32,000 nucleotides of DNA from Pseudomonas aeruginosa (GCF_001457615.1 NZ_LN831024.1:4500001-4532000), one strand, 5' to 3'. Counted from the stretch's first letter, positions 12,220-24,287 are shown. Made by a program: numbers and translations. The notes: a model not told the origin generated them from the letters alone.

Positions 12220-12579
12220 TCAGCGCAACTCGTGTGCCAGGCGCGCGCAGGCCATCCCCACGACCAGCATCACCAGCGGACCGAAGGCCCGCATGGAGAT
12301 CCGCGCAAGGCTCCAGGACTCTTTCGCAGCGAACAGGCTTGCCGGATTCACCGAATAGACCAGCAGGGAACCGCAGAACAGCCCCAGGCCCAGCAGGCCC
12401 AGGCGGCGCAACCAACCGTCGTGGCGGAGCAATACCACCAGCAGGGCGCCGTACAACAGGCAATCGACCCGCGCCACCGAGTCCTTGACCTGCAACGACT
12501 GTTCCCAATCCCCCAGCCACCATCCAGCGGCCACGCCCAGCACGACTCCGGCGCCGACATGAATGCCCGCCTGGATCAT
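12220..12579 (-). CDS. Small inner-membrane protein of unknown function (PA0921 position)
   Basis: 119 aa from ATG at 12579: MIQAGIHVGAGVVLGVAAGWWLGDWEQSLQ..., about 3-4 hydrophobic segments. Confidence 0.6.
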   Translation of the reverse strand: MIQAGIHVGAGVVLGVAAGWWLGDWEQSLQVKDSVARVDCLLYGALLVVLLRHDGWLRRLGLLGLGLFCGSLLVYSVNPASLFAAKESWSLARISMRAFGPLVMLVVGMACARLAHELR

Positions 12580-12827
12580 CGTCACCCTTCCCCCCTCGGA
12601 AATGGTCGGACAGTGCAAGCCGCCACTATGCCCACGGCAAGCTGAACCATCGCTGAACGAATACCAGCAAATGGCCTTCGGCCACTTCGCCGACGCAACT
12701 CCTGCAAAACCCGGCGGTCTTCTCCCTGTGACAGGACGCCGCCCCGCACAGAAAAAATCTGCTGCGACCACTTGGGAACTCGCCCGAGAGGCCATACTCT
12801 GTCGCGCAAATTCCCATGAGGTGGCTG

Positions 12828-15473
12828 ATGCGCACCGACGCTCCCGTTCCAGAACATCCCGCTCCACCCAGCTCTCCCGCGTCCCCACAACGCATCCGGC
12901 TGATCGATCGGATTACCGCCTACCGCCAGCCCATCGGCCTGGTCTTCACCTTGCTGCTGTTCGGCCTGGCGCTGGTGGCCTGCTACCACCTGCTACGGGA
13001 GATCGATCCCGGCGCCCTCCACGATGCCATCGCCGACGTGCCCAGGCCGGCGCTGCTCGGCGCCCTGAGCGCGACCGCCCTCGGCTTCGTCATCCTGCTC
13101 GGCTACGAGTGGTCGGCCAGCCGCTTCGCTGGCGTCACGCTGCCCATGCGCAGCCTGGCCACCGGCGGCTTCAGCGCCTTCGCCATCGGCAATGCGGTAG
13201 GCCTGTCGCTGCTTTCCGGCGGCTCCGTACGCTACCGACTGTATTCCCGGCATGGCATCGGCGCTGCCGAAATAGCCCGGATGACGCTATTTGCCAGCCT
13301 TTCCCTGGGCTGCGCACTGCCGGTGCTGGCGGCACTCGCCGCACTCTGCGACCTCGACGATGCGGCGTCGGCGCTGCACCTGCCCCGCGCCCTGGTCGCC
13401 GTCATCGCGATCGCCGTCCTGTCGCTGGCTGTCGGCCTGGTGGCGTTCCTGGCCCGGCACCGTCTGCCGGGAGAACGGCCGTCCCCCGACAGCCTGCTGG
13501 TCCGCCTCGGCCGCCGCAGCCTGCGCCTGCCAGGCCTGCGCCTATCGCTGCTGCAACTGCTGATCACCGCCCTCGACGTCGCCGCCGCCGCTACCGTCCT
13601 TTATCTGTTGCTGCCGGAAACCCCACCCTTCGCGGCGTTCCTGCTGGTCTACCTGCTCGCCCTGGCCGCCGGCGTGCTCAGCCACGTACCGGGCGGAGTC
13701 GGGGTGTTCGAGGCGGTGCTGCTGGCCGCGTTCGCCGGCCAACTGGGCGCCGCGCCGCTGGCCGCGGCCCTGCTCTTGTACCGCTTGATTTATGTGGTAC
13801 TGCCACTGCTGCTGGCCTGCCTTTTGTTGCTGTTCCTCGAAGCGCGCCGGTTGTGGGTGACGCGCCAGGCGATCCGCGTCGCCTCGGGTTTCGCCGCACC
13901 GATCCTGGCGATCCTGGTCTTCCTCTCCGGTGTCGTGCTGCTGTTTTCCGGCGCCACACCGGCGATCGACACCCGCCTGGAACACCTCGGTTTCCTCATT
14001 CCACATCGCCTGATCGATGCCTCGCACCTGGTCGCCAGCCTGATCGGCGTGCTCTGCCTCCTGCTCGCGCAGGGTTTGCGCCGACGGCTGTCGGCCGCCT
14101 GGGCCCTGACCCTGGTGCTGTTGCTGGTGGGCGCCCTGCTTTCGCTGCTGAAAGGCTTCGACTGGGAAGAAGCCAGCCTGCTGAGCCTGACCGCCGCGCT
14201 GCTCGCCATGTTCCGCCGCTCCTTCTACCGTCCCAGCCGGCTGATGGAAGTACCCTTCTCGCCGCTTTACGTAGGCGCCAGCATCTGCGTGGTCGGCGCC
14301 TCGGTCTGGCTGCTGCTGTTCGCCAACCAGGACGTGCATTACAGCAACCAGCTCTGGTGGCAGTTCGCCCTGGACGCCGACGCCCCGCGCGCCCTGCGCG
14401 CCGCCCTCGGCAGTTGCCTGCTGCTCCTGGCCCTGGCCCTTGGCTGGCTGCTGCGCGCGGCACCGCCGGCGATCCGCGAGCCGAACGCGGAAGAGCTGCA
14501 GCGCGCGGCGCGGATCATCCGCCACTCGGACCAGCCGGATGGCGGCCTGGCCCTGACCGGCGACAAGGCCCTGCTCTTCCATGAGAGCGACGACGCTTTC
14601 CTCATGTACGCCCGCCGCGGTCGCAGCATGATAGCCCTGTACGACCCGATCGGCCCGGCCATGCAGCGCGCCGAACTGATCTGGCAATTCCGCGACCTCT
14701 GCGACCTGCACCATGCCCGCCCGGTGTTCTACCAGGTGCGTGCCGAGAACCTGCCGTTCTACATGGACATTGGCCTGACCGCCCTCAAGCTCGGCGAAGA
14801 AGCGCGAGTCGACCTGCTGCGCTTCGACCTGGAGAACAAGGGCAAGGAAATGAAAGACCTGCGCTACACCTGGAACCGCGGCCAGCGCGACGGCCTGGCC
14901 CTGGAGTTCCATGAACCGGGCCAGGCTCCGCTGGACGAGCTGAAGGCGATATCGGACGCCTGGCTGGGCGGCAAGCAGGTGCGCGAGAAAGGCTTCTCCC
15001 TGGGCCGCTTCACCCCGGCGTACCTGAACTTCTTCCGCATCGCCATCGTCCGCCACCAGGGCAAGCCGGTGGCCTTCGCCAACCTGCTGGAAACCGACAG
15101 CCGCGAACTGGCGAGCCTCGACCTGATGCGCGTGCACCCGGACGCGCCGAAGCTGACCATGGAGTTCCTCATGCTCGGCCTCATCCTCCACTACAAGGCC
15201 AAGGGCCACGCGCGCTTCAGCCTCGGCATGGTGCCGCTGGCCGGGCTCCAGCCAAGGCGCGGCGCGCCGTTGACCCAGCGCCTGGGCGCGCTGGTCTTCC
15301 GGCGGGGCGAACAGTTCTACAATTTCCAGGGGCTGCGACGCTTCAAGGACAAGTTCCAGCCCGACTGGGAACCCCGCTACCTGGCCGTGCCAGCCGGGCT
15401 CGACCCGCTGGTGGCCCTGGCCGATACCGCCGCGCTGATCGCCGGCGGCCTGACTGGATTGGTGAAACGCTGA
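12828..15473 (+). CDS. MprF-type alanyl-phosphatidylglycerol synthase (aminoacyl-tRNA dependent)
   Basis: 881 aa, MRTDAPVPEHPAPPSSPASPQRIRLIDRITAYRQPIGLVF...; multi-TM flippase-like N domain, C-terminal DUF2156/LPG synthase domain NLLETDSRELASLDLMRVHPDAPKLTMEFLMLGLI...QFYNFQGLRRFKDKFQPDWEPRYLA. Corresponds to PA0920. Confidence 0.9.
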   Translation: MRTDAPVPEHPAPPSSPASPQRIRLIDRITAYRQPIGLVFTLLLFGLALVACYHLLREIDPGALHDAIADVPRPALLGALSATALGFVILLGYEWSASRFAGVTLPMRSLATGGFSAFAIGNAVGLSLLSGGSVRYRLYSRHGIGAAEIARMTLFASLSLGCALPVLAALAALCDLDDAASALHLPRALVAVIAIAVLSLAVGLVAFLARHRLPGERPSPDSLLVRLGRRSLRLPGLRLSLLQLLITALDVAAAATVLYLLLPETPPFAAFLLVYLLALAAGVLSHVPGGVGVFEAVLLAAFAGQLGAAPLAAALLLYRLIYVVLPLLLACLLLLFLEARRLWVTRQAIRVASGFAAPILAILVFLSGVVLLFSGATPAIDTRLEHLGFLIPHRLIDASHLVASLIGVLCLLLAQGLRRRLSAAWALTLVLLLVGALLSLLKGFDWEEASLLSLTAALLAMFRRSFYRPSRLMEVPFSPLYVGASICVVGASVWLLLFANQDVHYSNQLWWQFALDADAPRALRAALGSCLLLLALALGWLLRAAPPAIREPNAEELQRAARIIRHSDQPDGGLALTGDKALLFHESDDAFLMYARRGRSMIALYDPIGPAMQRAELIWQFRDLCDLHHARPVFYQVRAENLPFYMDIGLTALKLGEEARVDLLRFDLENKGKEMKDLRYTWNRGQRDGLALEFHEPGQAPLDELKAISDAWLGGKQVREKGFSLGRFTPAYLNFFRIAIVRHQGKPVAFANLLETDSRELASLDLMRVHPDAPKLTMEFLMLGLILHYKAKGHARFSLGMVPLAGLQPRRGAPLTQRLGALVFRRGEQFYNFQGLRRFKDKFQPDWEPRYLAVPAGLDPLVALADTAALIAGGLTGLVKR

Positions 15474-15474
15474 T

Positions 15475-16758
15475 ATGTCTGTCGTGAAACGTCACTGGCG
15501 CCGTTTTCTGGTCGCCGCCCTGGTGCTGATCGTCGGTGCCGCCCTGCTGCTCTGGAGCCGACCGGCGGCCCAGGCGAAACTGGAAGCCCTGGACCTCGAC
15601 GACGGCGGCCACGCCACCCTTGCCGAACCCGGCGAGAAGCCGCGCTCGCGGGTGGTGGTGATCGCCGCCCCCGAACAGCAACTGAACGACGCCCAGATGC
15701 TGAACCTGGCTCACGACAGCGCCGCCCGGGTGATCCAGTACTTCCCCCCGGAAAACGGCGATTGCAGGGTGCAGCAGTCCCGGCTCGAAGCGGTCATTGC
15801 CCACCTCGGCGGCAAGCCGAACCTGGTCGCCGGCATCGGCCCGGGCTCGACCACCGCCTGGCGCTGGCTCGCCAGCCAGGACGACGACAAGGCCAAGGCG
15901 CTCTCGGTCGGCTTCGACATTGCCCTGGCCGAGCGCGACTGCGACGCCCCGCTGCCGCACCAGGCGTCGCACGGCCAGTGGCTGCTGGCCTGGAACGACA
16001 ACCCGGACGACGACACCGCAGTCTTCGTCCGCAAGCAGTCGAGCGCGGAAACCAGCATCAGCGACTACGACACCCCGCTGTCCGACGTGCTCGCCCATCA
16101 GTTGCGCCTGCAACTGCAAGGCAACGCCGAGGCCCTGCCGGTACTCGAGGTCCCCGCGGCGAAACCCTCGGACATCGTCACCCTGTTCTATTCCGGCGAC
16201 GGCGGCTGGCGCGACCTGGACAAGGACTCTGCCGAGCATATGGCCAGCATGGGCTACCCGGTGGTCGGCATCGACACCCTGCGCTACTACTGGCAACACA
16301 AGAGCCCGGAACAGAGCGCCGCCGACCTCTCCAAGCTGATGCAACACTACCGCGAGAAGTGGGGCGCGAAACGTTTCGTCCTGGCCGGCTACTCGTTCGG
16401 CGCCGACATCCTGCCGGCGATCTACAACCGCCTGCCCGGAAAGGACCAGCAGCAAGTGAAAGCCATGCTGCTGCTGGCGCTGGCGCGGACCGGCAGCTTC
16501 GAGATCGAAGTGGAAGGCTGGCTGGGCAAGGCCGGCGAGGAAGCCGCCACCGGCCCGGAAATGGCCAGATTGCCGGCAGCCAAGGTGTTCTGCATCTATG
16601 GCGCCGAAGAAAAGGACGAAAGCGGCTGTACCCAATCCCAGGCCGTCGGCGAGAAGCTCGAACTGCCGGGCGGCCACCACTTCGACGAGGACTACCTGTC
16701 CCTGGCGAAGAAGATGCTCCAGGCCATCCGCGACCGCGAGAACGCTCCCGACGCCTGA
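15475..16758 (+). CDS. VirJ/AcvB-family periplasmic serine hydrolase (alanyl-phosphatidylglycerol hydrolase, PA0919)
   Basis: 427 aa, signal anchor MSVVKRHWRRFLVAALVLIVGAALLLW, alpha/beta hydrolase motifs FYSGDGGWRDLDKD and VLAGYSFGADILP. Starts 1 nt after the synthase stop. Confidence 0.88.
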   Translation: MSVVKRHWRRFLVAALVLIVGAALLLWSRPAAQAKLEALDLDDGGHATLAEPGEKPRSRVVVIAAPEQQLNDAQMLNLAHDSAARVIQYFPPENGDCRVQQSRLEAVIAHLGGKPNLVAGIGPGSTTAWRWLASQDDDKAKALSVGFDIALAERDCDAPLPHQASHGQWLLAWNDNPDDDTAVFVRKQSSAETSISDYDTPLSDVLAHQLRLQLQGNAEALPVLEVPAAKPSDIVTLFYSGDGGWRDLDKDSAEHMASMGYPVVGIDTLRYYWQHKSPEQSAADLSKLMQHYREKWGAKRFVLAGYSFGADILPAIYNRLPGKDQQQVKAMLLLALARTGSFEIEVEGWLGKAGEEAATGPEMARLPAAKVFCIYGAEEKDESGCTQSQAVGEKLELPGGHHFDEDYLSLAKKMLQAIRDRENAPDA

Positions 16759-16918
16759 TCGCGATCAAGCTCTCCCCGCTCCGCCCTTCTTGTCCCCGGT
16801 CGGCGCCAGCTAGACTGAGCCTGCCGGGGGCATTCAGGCTGGCTTCAGCGGAGCCGCCGAGAATACCGGCCGACCCGCCGCAGAGCGGGCTCCCGAGAGC
16901 CGAAGAGAAGGAACCGTG

Positions 16919-17467
16919 ATGAGCTGGAAAAACACCGAATCCCGTTATGGGAGCCTGACCATTGCCCTGCACTGGCTGACCCTGCTGCTGATCGCCGGGG
17001 TCTACGCCTGTATCGAACTGAAGGGCAATTTCCCCAAGGGCAGCGAAACCCGCGAACTGCTCAAGCAATGGCACTTCATGCTTGGCCTGAGCGTTTTCCT
17101 GCTGGTCTGGTTGCGCCTGCTGGTGCGCCTGGCCAGCCCTACCCCGCGCATAGAGCCCGCCATCCCCGCCTGGCAGGCGACGCTGGCCAGGCTGATGCAC
17201 TACGCCCTCTACCTGATGATGATCGGCCTGCCCTTCGCCGGCTGGCTGATCCTCAGCGCCGCCGGCAAGCCGATACCGTTCTTCGGCCTGGAGCTACCGC
17301 CGCTGGTCGACAAGAACCCCGACCTCGCCGGGCAAATCAAGGAATGGCACGAAACCATCGGCAACGCCGGTTATTTCCTGATCGGCCTGCACGCCGCCGC
17401 GGCGCTCTTCCATCACTTCGTCAGCCGCGACAACACCCTGGTACGGATGCTGCCGCAACGGCGCTGA
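16919..17467 (+). CDS. Cytochrome b561
   Basis: MSWKNTESRYGSLTIALHWLTLLLIAGVYACIELKGNFPKGSETRELLKQWHFMLGL...; conserved haem-ligand histidines. A GTG at 16916 is an alternative start. Confidence 0.88.
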   Translation: MSWKNTESRYGSLTIALHWLTLLLIAGVYACIELKGNFPKGSETRELLKQWHFMLGLSVFLLVWLRLLVRLASPTPRIEPAIPAWQATLARLMHYALYLMMIGLPFAGWLILSAAGKPIPFFGLELPPLVDKNPDLAGQIKEWHETIGNAGYFLIGLHAAAALFHHFVSRDNTLVRMLPQRR

Positions 17468-17479
17468 GAAACGCGCAAA

Positions 17480-17508
17480 AAAACGCGCCCAATCGGGCGC
17501 GCTTTTTT
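17480..17508. terminator. Bidirectional intrinsic terminator between cytochrome b561 and kup
   Basis: AAAAAACGCGCCCAATCGGGCGCGCTTTTTT: GC stem flanked by A and T runs. Confidence 0.85.
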
Positions 17509-17521
17509 GCAGCGGAGCGGA

Positions 17522-19426
17522 TCAGATCTCGACCTGGGTTCCCAACTCGATCACCCGGTTGAGCGGCAGGTTGAAATAGCGCAGGTTGCCGTTGGCGTTC
17601 TTCAGCAGGAAGGCGAACAACCCCTCGCGCCAGCGCGCCATGCCGATGCGCTTGGATGGAATCACCGTCTCCCGGCTGAGGAAGTAGGTGGTGCGCATCG
17701 GGCTGAAGTCCAGTTCGTTGAGATGGCACAGGCGCAAGGCAGCCGGGATGTCTGGCTCTTCCATGAAGCCGAAGTGCAGGATCACCCGAAAGAATCCGTC
17801 GCCATAGGCCTCGACCTCGAAACGGCGATCCGGCGAAACCCGTGGGCTGTCTTCGTTGACCACGGTGAGCAGCACCACCTGCTCGTGCAGCACCTGGTTG
17901 TGCAACAGGTTGTGCAGCAGCGCGTGAGGCACCGCGTCGGTACGCGCGGTAAGGAACACCGCGGTCCCCTGGACCCGGTGCGGCGGCTGCACGCGCATGC
18001 TGGAAATGAACACCGAGAGCGGCAGCGAGCCCTCGTCGAGACGCTCCACCAGCAGTTGGCGGCCACGCTTCCAGGTGGACATCAGGATGAAGATGACGAT
18101 ACCCGCGATGACCGGGAAGGCGCCGCCCTGGATCACCTTGGGCAGGTTGGCGGCGAAGAACAGGCTGTCCACCGCGAGCATCACGCAGAAGAACGGGACG
18201 CCCAGCCACAGCGGCCATTTCCACAGGCGCCAGATCACCACGCCCATCAGCAGGGTGGTGATCAGCATGGTTCCGGTCACCGCCACGCCGTAGGCAGCCG
18301 CCAGCGACGCCGAGGACTCGAAGCCGAGCACCAGCAGGACCACGCCGACCATCAGCGCCCAATTCACCCCGCCGATGTAGATCTGCCCCTGCTCGTGGCT
18401 GGAAGTGTGCTGGATGGTCATCCGCGGCACGTAGCCGAGCTGGATCGCCTGGCGGGTCAGGGAGAAGGCGCCGGAGATCACCGCCTGGGAGGCGATCACC
18501 GTGGCCAGGGTGGACAGCGCCACCATCGGCAGCAGCGCCCAGCCCGGCGCCAGCAGGTAGAAGGGGTTGCGCGCCGCCTCGGCGTTGGAAAGGATGGTCG
18601 CGCCCTGGCCGAAGTAGTTCAGCACCAGCGCCGGCAGCACCAGCAGGAACCAGGCACGGGCGATCGGCTTGCGACCGAAGTGGCCCATGTCGGCGTACAG
18701 CGCCTCGGCGCCGGTCAGCGCCAGTACGGTGGCGCCGAGGATGGCGACACCGATGCCGGGATGCGAGCTGAAGAAACGCACGGCCCATACAGGGTTCATC
18801 GCCTGCAGCACTTCCGGCTGCTGGATCACCCCGTAGACGCCCAGCGCCGCCAGGGCGCCGAACCAGAGCACCATGACCGGGCCGAACAGGATGCCGATCC
18901 GCGCGGTGCCGTGCTTCTGGATCAGGAACAGGCCGATCAGCACGATAAGCGCCAGCGGTACCGTCCAGTGCTCCAGGCCGTCGAAGGCGATCTCCAGCCC
19001 TTCTACCGCCGACAGTACCGAGATCGCCGGGGTGATCATGCTGTCGCCGTAGAACAGCGCCGCGCCGATCAGGCCGGCAACCACCACGAAAGTCTGCAGC
19101 CTGCCGAACGGCGCCGCCGCCCGGCGCGCCAGGGCCGACAGCGCCATCACCCCGCCCTCGCCCTGGTTGTCGGCACGCAGGACGAAGATCACGTACTTGA
19201 TGGAAACGACCCAGACCAGCGACCAGAAGATCAGCGACAGCACGCCAAGGACGCCATCGTGGTTGGCCTGCACCCCGTAGCCGCCGATGAAGACCTCTTT
19301 CAGGGTATACAAGGGACTGGTGCCGATATCCCCATAGCAGACTCCAACCGCCCCGACCATCAGGCCGATGGCAGAGCTGGAATGCCCCTCCGACGTCTCC
19401 TCGGCACGCGTCGCTGCATCACTCAT
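17522..19426 (-). CDS. kup: Low-affinity potassium transporter Kup
   Basis: 634 aa from ATG at 19426: [51 protein letters not shown]... Confidence 0.95.
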   Translation of the reverse strand: MSDAATRAEETSEGHSSSAIGLMVGAVGVCYGDIGTSPLYTLKEVFIGGYGVQANHDGVLGVLSLIFWSLVWVVSIKYVIFVLRADNQGEGGVMALSALARRAAAPFGRLQTFVVVAGLIGAALFYGDSMITPAISVLSAVEGLEIAFDGLEHWTVPLALIVLIGLFLIQKHGTARIGILFGPVMVLWFGALAALGVYGVIQQPEVLQAMNPVWAVRFFSSHPGIGVAILGATVLALTGAEALYADMGHFGRKPIARAWFLLVLPALVLNYFGQGATILSNAEAARNPFYLLAPGWALLPMVALSTLATVIASQAVISGAFSLTRQAIQLGYVPRMTIQHTSSHEQGQIYIGGVNWALMVGVVLLVLGFESSASLAAAYGVAVTGTMLITTLLMGVVIWRLWKWPLWLGVPFFCVMLAVDSLFFAANLPKVIQGGAFPVIAGIVIFILMSTWKRGRQLLVERLDEGSLPLSVFISSMRVQPPHRVQGTAVFLTARTDAVPHALLHNLLHNQVLHEQVVLLTVVNEDSPRVSPDRRFEVEAYGDGFFRVILHFGFMEEPDIPAALRLCHLNELDFSPMRTTYFLSRETVIPSKRIGMARWREGLFAFLLKNANGNLRYFNLPLNRVIELGTQVEI

Positions 19427-19672
19427 GAAACGCTTTCCCCCGGAAAAATTCGGCAAATGCTGCGCCCATGCCGTCCGCGATGCAAGCGCCGAGGCCACGG
19501 ACTGCTATGACTATAGAAGGCCGGGGAGCCGATTGCCGAGCGCCCGCGGTGAGTTTTTCCAGGGCCGGAAAAGAGCTGCACGGGAGACTGGAAAAGCCGC
19601 GGCGCTGCCGCTAGAATTGCGCACTTTTTGATCAGAGGCGCCAGCAAGCGCGCCCGCCTACCGAGGTTAGCC

Positions 19673-20995
<1,323 letters not shown>

Positions 20996-21009
20996 GCCTC
21001 CCTGAAGAG

Positions 21010-21032
21010 CCCCGCCCCGCGGGGCTTTTCAT
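21010..21032 (+). terminator. Intrinsic terminator after rimO
   Basis: AGCCCCGCCCCGCGGGGCTTTT. Confidence 0.75.
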
Positions 21033-21055
21033 CGCCAACCGTTCCGGAGAGCACG

Positions 21056-21517
21056 ATGCTCAACAACGACGTACTACGCAGCCTGCGCTACCTGCTGGAT
21101 CTTCCCGATGCACATCTGGCCGAACTGGCCGCCCCGTTCGGCGAGCAAGTCGAAGCGGACCTGCTCGAGGCTTACCTGAAGAAGGAAGACGAAGACGGCT
21201 TCCAGGCCTGCCCCGACCGCTACCTGGCGCGCTGCCTGGACGGACTGATCATCCAGCGCCGCGGTCGCGACGAGTCGCGTCCGCTACCGCCGCTGGAGCT
21301 GCCGTTGAGCAACAACATGATCCTGAAGAAGCTGCGGGTCGCCTTCGAACTCAAGGAGGAAGACCTCCATGCCATCCTCGACAGCGTCGACTTCCCGGTC
21401 TCCAAACCCGAGCTGAGCGCCCTGTTTCGCAAGCCCGGCCACAGCAACTACCGGACCTGCGGCGACCAGTTGCTGCGCAACTTCCTCAAGGGCCTGACCC
21501 TGCGCGTCCGTGGCTGA
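21056..21517 (+). CDS. DUF1456 family (YehS-like) protein
   Basis: 153 aa, MLNNDVLRSLRYLLDLPDAHLAELAAPFG...NNMILKKLRVAFELKEEDLHAILDSVDFPVSKPELSALFRKPGHSNYRTCGDQLLRNFLKGL. Confidence 0.85.
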   Translation: MLNNDVLRSLRYLLDLPDAHLAELAAPFGEQVEADLLEAYLKKEDEDGFQACPDRYLARCLDGLIIQRRGRDESRPLPPLELPLSNNMILKKLRVAFELKEEDLHAILDSVDFPVSKPELSALFRKPGHSNYRTCGDQLLRNFLKGLTLRVRG

Positions 21518-21902
21518 ACGCGCGGAGCCGCTGCTGGCGGTTCTGCTCCAGGCGCCGCCCTGCGTCGACCCCTGGTTCCTGGAGTGCCGCCAGGATCGCG
21601 CCGGCCTGACCATCCTCGTCCGCGACCTCGCCAACCAGCGCACCTGGCGCGTCGAGTTCGTCGAAGTCGAAGGCCTGCGCCAGCTCGACGCTGCCGACCT
21701 GCTGGAATTCTGGCCAGCCTGTGCGGCATCCGAGGGTTGGCTGTACCGGGTCGAGCAAGGCGGCTGGCTGGACCAGGAATGCCGTCGCGAGGGCTTCGTC
21801 GCCCGCGAGACCAAGGCCGTCGACGAGTATTTCGTCAATGGCGGCGATCGCTGCCTGAGCGTGCTGTCCTGGTCGCCACCGAAGGTTTCCCCGCTGATCT
21901 GA
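21510..21902 (+). CDS. Conserved hypothetical protein (PA0914 position)
   Basis: 130 aa, MAERAEPLLAVLLQAPPCVDPWFLECRQDRAGLTILVRDLANQRTWRVEFVEVEGLRQLDAADLLEFWPACAASEGWLYRVEQGG...; start overlaps the previous stop by 8 nt. Confidence 0.7.
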   Translation: MAERAEPLLAVLLQAPPCVDPWFLECRQDRAGLTILVRDLANQRTWRVEFVEVEGLRQLDAADLLEFWPACAASEGWLYRVEQGGWLDQECRREGFVARETKAVDEYFVNGGDRCLSVLSWSPPKVSPLI

Positions 21903-21951
21903 CCGCCATGAAAAAAGCCGCCCGTGGGCGGCTTCTCGCGTGGCGCTCCGG

Positions 21952-23400
21952 CTACATCAGGAAGATCGTCGCCAGGCCGAGGAAGATGAAGAAACCGCCG
22001 CTGTCGGTCATCGCAGTGATCATCACGCTGGAGCCCATCGCCGGATCGCGTCCGAAACGATGCAGGGTCATCGGGATCAGCACTCCCATCATCGCCGCCA
22101 GCAGCAGGTTCAGGGTCATCGCGGCGGTCATCACCACGCCCAGTTCCCAGTTGCCGTAAAGATAGAAGGCCACCACGCCGATCACTCCGCCCCACGCCAG
22201 GCCGTTGACCAGCGCGACGCCAAGCTCCTTGCGCAGCAGGCGGTTGCGACTGTTGCTGGTCGGCTGTACCTGGTCGAGCGCGATGGCGCGGACGATCATG
22301 GTGATGGTCTGGTTGCCGGAATTGCCACCGATGCCGGCAACGATCGGCATCAGCGCGGCCAGCGCCACCAGTTTCTCGATGGAGCCTTCGAACAGACCGA
22401 TCACCCGCGAGGCGACGAAGGCGGTGATCAGGTTGGTGGCCAGCCAGGCCCAGCGGTTGCGCACCGACTTCCAGACCGAGGCGAAGATGTCTTCTTCTTC
22501 ACGCAGACCGGCCATGTTGAGGACTTCACTTTCGCTTTCCTCACGGATCAGGTCGACCATCTCGTCGATGGTCAGACGACCGATCAGCTTGCCGCCCTTG
22601 TCCACCACCGGCGCGGAAATCAGGTCGTAACGCTCGAATGCCTGGGCGGCGTCGTAGCCGTCCTCGTCCGGGTGGAAGGTCACCGGGTCGGTGGCCATGA
22701 CTTCCAGCACTTGCTTGTCCGGATCGTTGACCAGCAGGCGCTTGATCGGCAGCACGCCCTTGAGCACGCCGTCGTAGTCGACCACGAACAGTTTGTCGGT
22801 ATGCCCGGGCAGTTCCTTCAGGCGGCGCAGGTAGCGTAGCACCACTTCCAGGCTGACGTCCTCGCGGATGGTGACCATCTCGAAGTCCATCAGCGCGCCG
22901 ACCTGGTCCTCCTCGTAGGACAGCGCCGAACGCACTCGCTCGCGCTGCTGCGCGTCGAGGCTTTCCATCAGTTCATGGACCACGTCGCGCGGCAGTTCCG
23001 GTGCCAGGTCGGCGAGTTCGTCGGCGTCCAGGTCCTTGGTCGCGGCGATGATCTCGTGGTCGTCCATGTCCGCGATCAGGGTTTCCCGGACCGCGTCGGA
23101 GACTTCGAGGAGGATGTCGCCGTCGTCCTCGGACTTGACCAGTTGCCAGACCGTCAGGCGGTCGTCCAGCGGCAGCGATTCGAGGATGTGGGCGATGTCG
23201 GCGGGGTGCAGTTCCTCCAGCTTGCGCTGGAGTTCTACGAGATTCTGCCGGTGGACGAGGTTTTCCACCCGGTCATGGTGCTGGCCTTCCTGACGATGGG
23301 TCAGGTCTTCCACCACCTTGTGGCGATGCAGCAGCTCGACCACCTGCGCTAGGCGGTCCTGCAGGCTTTCCTGCGGCTTCTTGGCTTCTACTTCGGTCAT
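21952..23400 (-). CDS. mgtE: Magnesium transporter MgtE
   Basis: 482 aa from ATG at 23400 (MTEVEAKKPQESLQDRLAQ...): MgtE_N, CBS pair (VMATDPVTFHPDEDGYDAAQAFERYDLISAPVVDKGGKLIGRLTIDEMVDLI), C-terminal TM domain with MPIVAGIGGNSGNQTITMIVRAIA. Confidence 0.95.
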   Translation of the reverse strand: MTEVEAKKPQESLQDRLAQVVELLHRHKVVEDLTHRQEGQHHDRVENLVHRQNLVELQRKLEELHPADIAHILESLPLDDRLTVWQLVKSEDDGDILLEVSDAVRETLIADMDDHEIIAATKDLDADELADLAPELPRDVVHELMESLDAQQRERVRSALSYEEDQVGALMDFEMVTIREDVSLEVVLRYLRRLKELPGHTDKLFVVDYDGVLKGVLPIKRLLVNDPDKQVLEVMATDPVTFHPDEDGYDAAQAFERYDLISAPVVDKGGKLIGRLTIDEMVDLIREESESEVLNMAGLREEEDIFASVWKSVRNRWAWLATNLITAFVASRVIGLFEGSIEKLVALAALMPIVAGIGGNSGNQTITMIVRAIALDQVQPTSNSRNRLLRKELGVALVNGLAWGGVIGVVAFYLYGNWELGVVMTAAMTLNLLLAAMMGVLIPMTLHRFGRDPAMGSSVMITAMTDSGGFFIFLGLATIFLM

Positions 23401-23726
23401 AGCGCGCTCCACCCCCAGTAGCGGAGCACGCCAAAGGGGTCAATCAGAAACGTGATTGGTCAAACGGGAAACTGTTCGAGTTTCTACTGGGTAAGTCCAT
23501 GGGGGTGTTCCAAGGGCCCTCTCGGGGCAGATACGGATAATGATAACACTCCGCTTGCGTTTTGCGCGTTACAAAATGGCGGCAAGAACAAGCGCTTGCG
23601 GCACAAAGTTCATCGTCACTCGACGCCTGACTGCGACGCCGGAAATTTCACTCAGGACACTCGGCCCCGCGGAAAAAGGCAACGCGTTAGCCTGCACTCA
23701 CCCTTATCCGACCCGGAGTGCCGGCC

Positions 23727-24242
23727 ATGCGTTCCCTGTCCCTCCTTCTCCTCCTCTCGCTGGCGTCCACCTGCGAGGCCGCTGCGGTATTCCGCTGCGA
23801 AGACGCCAGCGGCCATGTCAGCTTCACCCAACTCGGTTGCCCCGCCGGGCAGGCCGGCGAGACCGTCGTGGCGGACAACCCGCCGCCGGGAGGCAGGAGC
23901 GTCACACCGATGGCCGAGACGAAGACGAAAAAGGCGTCCATCGGCCGGAAAAACGTGCCGCTCGCGGTGATCGGAGAAAGAGAAGATCGCTGCGGAAGAC
24001 GCCTGGACGAGAAGGAACGCCGCAAGGCGATCGTGGAGCAGCGGATCATGGCGGGAATGACCCGCTCCGATGTGGAGCGGGCGCTGGGCAAGCCGGACCG
24101 GGTCAGCGGGAACAATGCGGAGGTGCGTTATCAGTACAAGGCCGACAAGCGACGGGGAGCGAGAAGCGTGAGCTTCGATCAGGAGGGATGCGTGAAGGGA
24201 AAGGGAAGGTACCGGGTGGAGCGAGTCGATCCCGGGAGCTAA
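23727..24242 (+). CDS. Secreted DUF4124-domain protein
   Basis: MRSLSLLLLLSLASTCEAAAVFRCEDASGHVSFTQLGCPAGQAGETVVADN...; signal peptide plus DUF4124-like N terminus. Confidence 0.75.
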   Translation: MRSLSLLLLLSLASTCEAAAVFRCEDASGHVSFTQLGCPAGQAGETVVADNPPPGGRSVTPMAETKTKKASIGRKNVPLAVIGEREDRCGRRLDEKERRKAIVEQRIMAGMTRSDVERALGKPDRVSGNNAEVRYQYKADKRRGARSVSFDQEGCVKGKGRYRVERVDPGS

Positions 24243-24287
24243 GGCCGGGCCGACCTCATACCGATGAAAGCAGGACCGGCATCGCCT

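Noticed and set aside
13542-15209. 555-aa minus-strand ORF over the MprF-like synthase, and similar ORFs 12993-13563
   Set aside because: Histidine/glutamine/arginine-rich mirror translations of a well-supported membrane protein; no RBS or domain support.
15762-16919. 385-aa alternate-frame ORF in the PA0919-type hydrolase
   Set aside because: Overlaps a clear alpha/beta hydrolase; composition typical of out-of-frame GC-rich DNA.
17507-19510. 667-aa plus-strand ORF opposite kup
   Set aside because: Shadow ORF; Kup reading on the minus strand is unambiguous over its full length.
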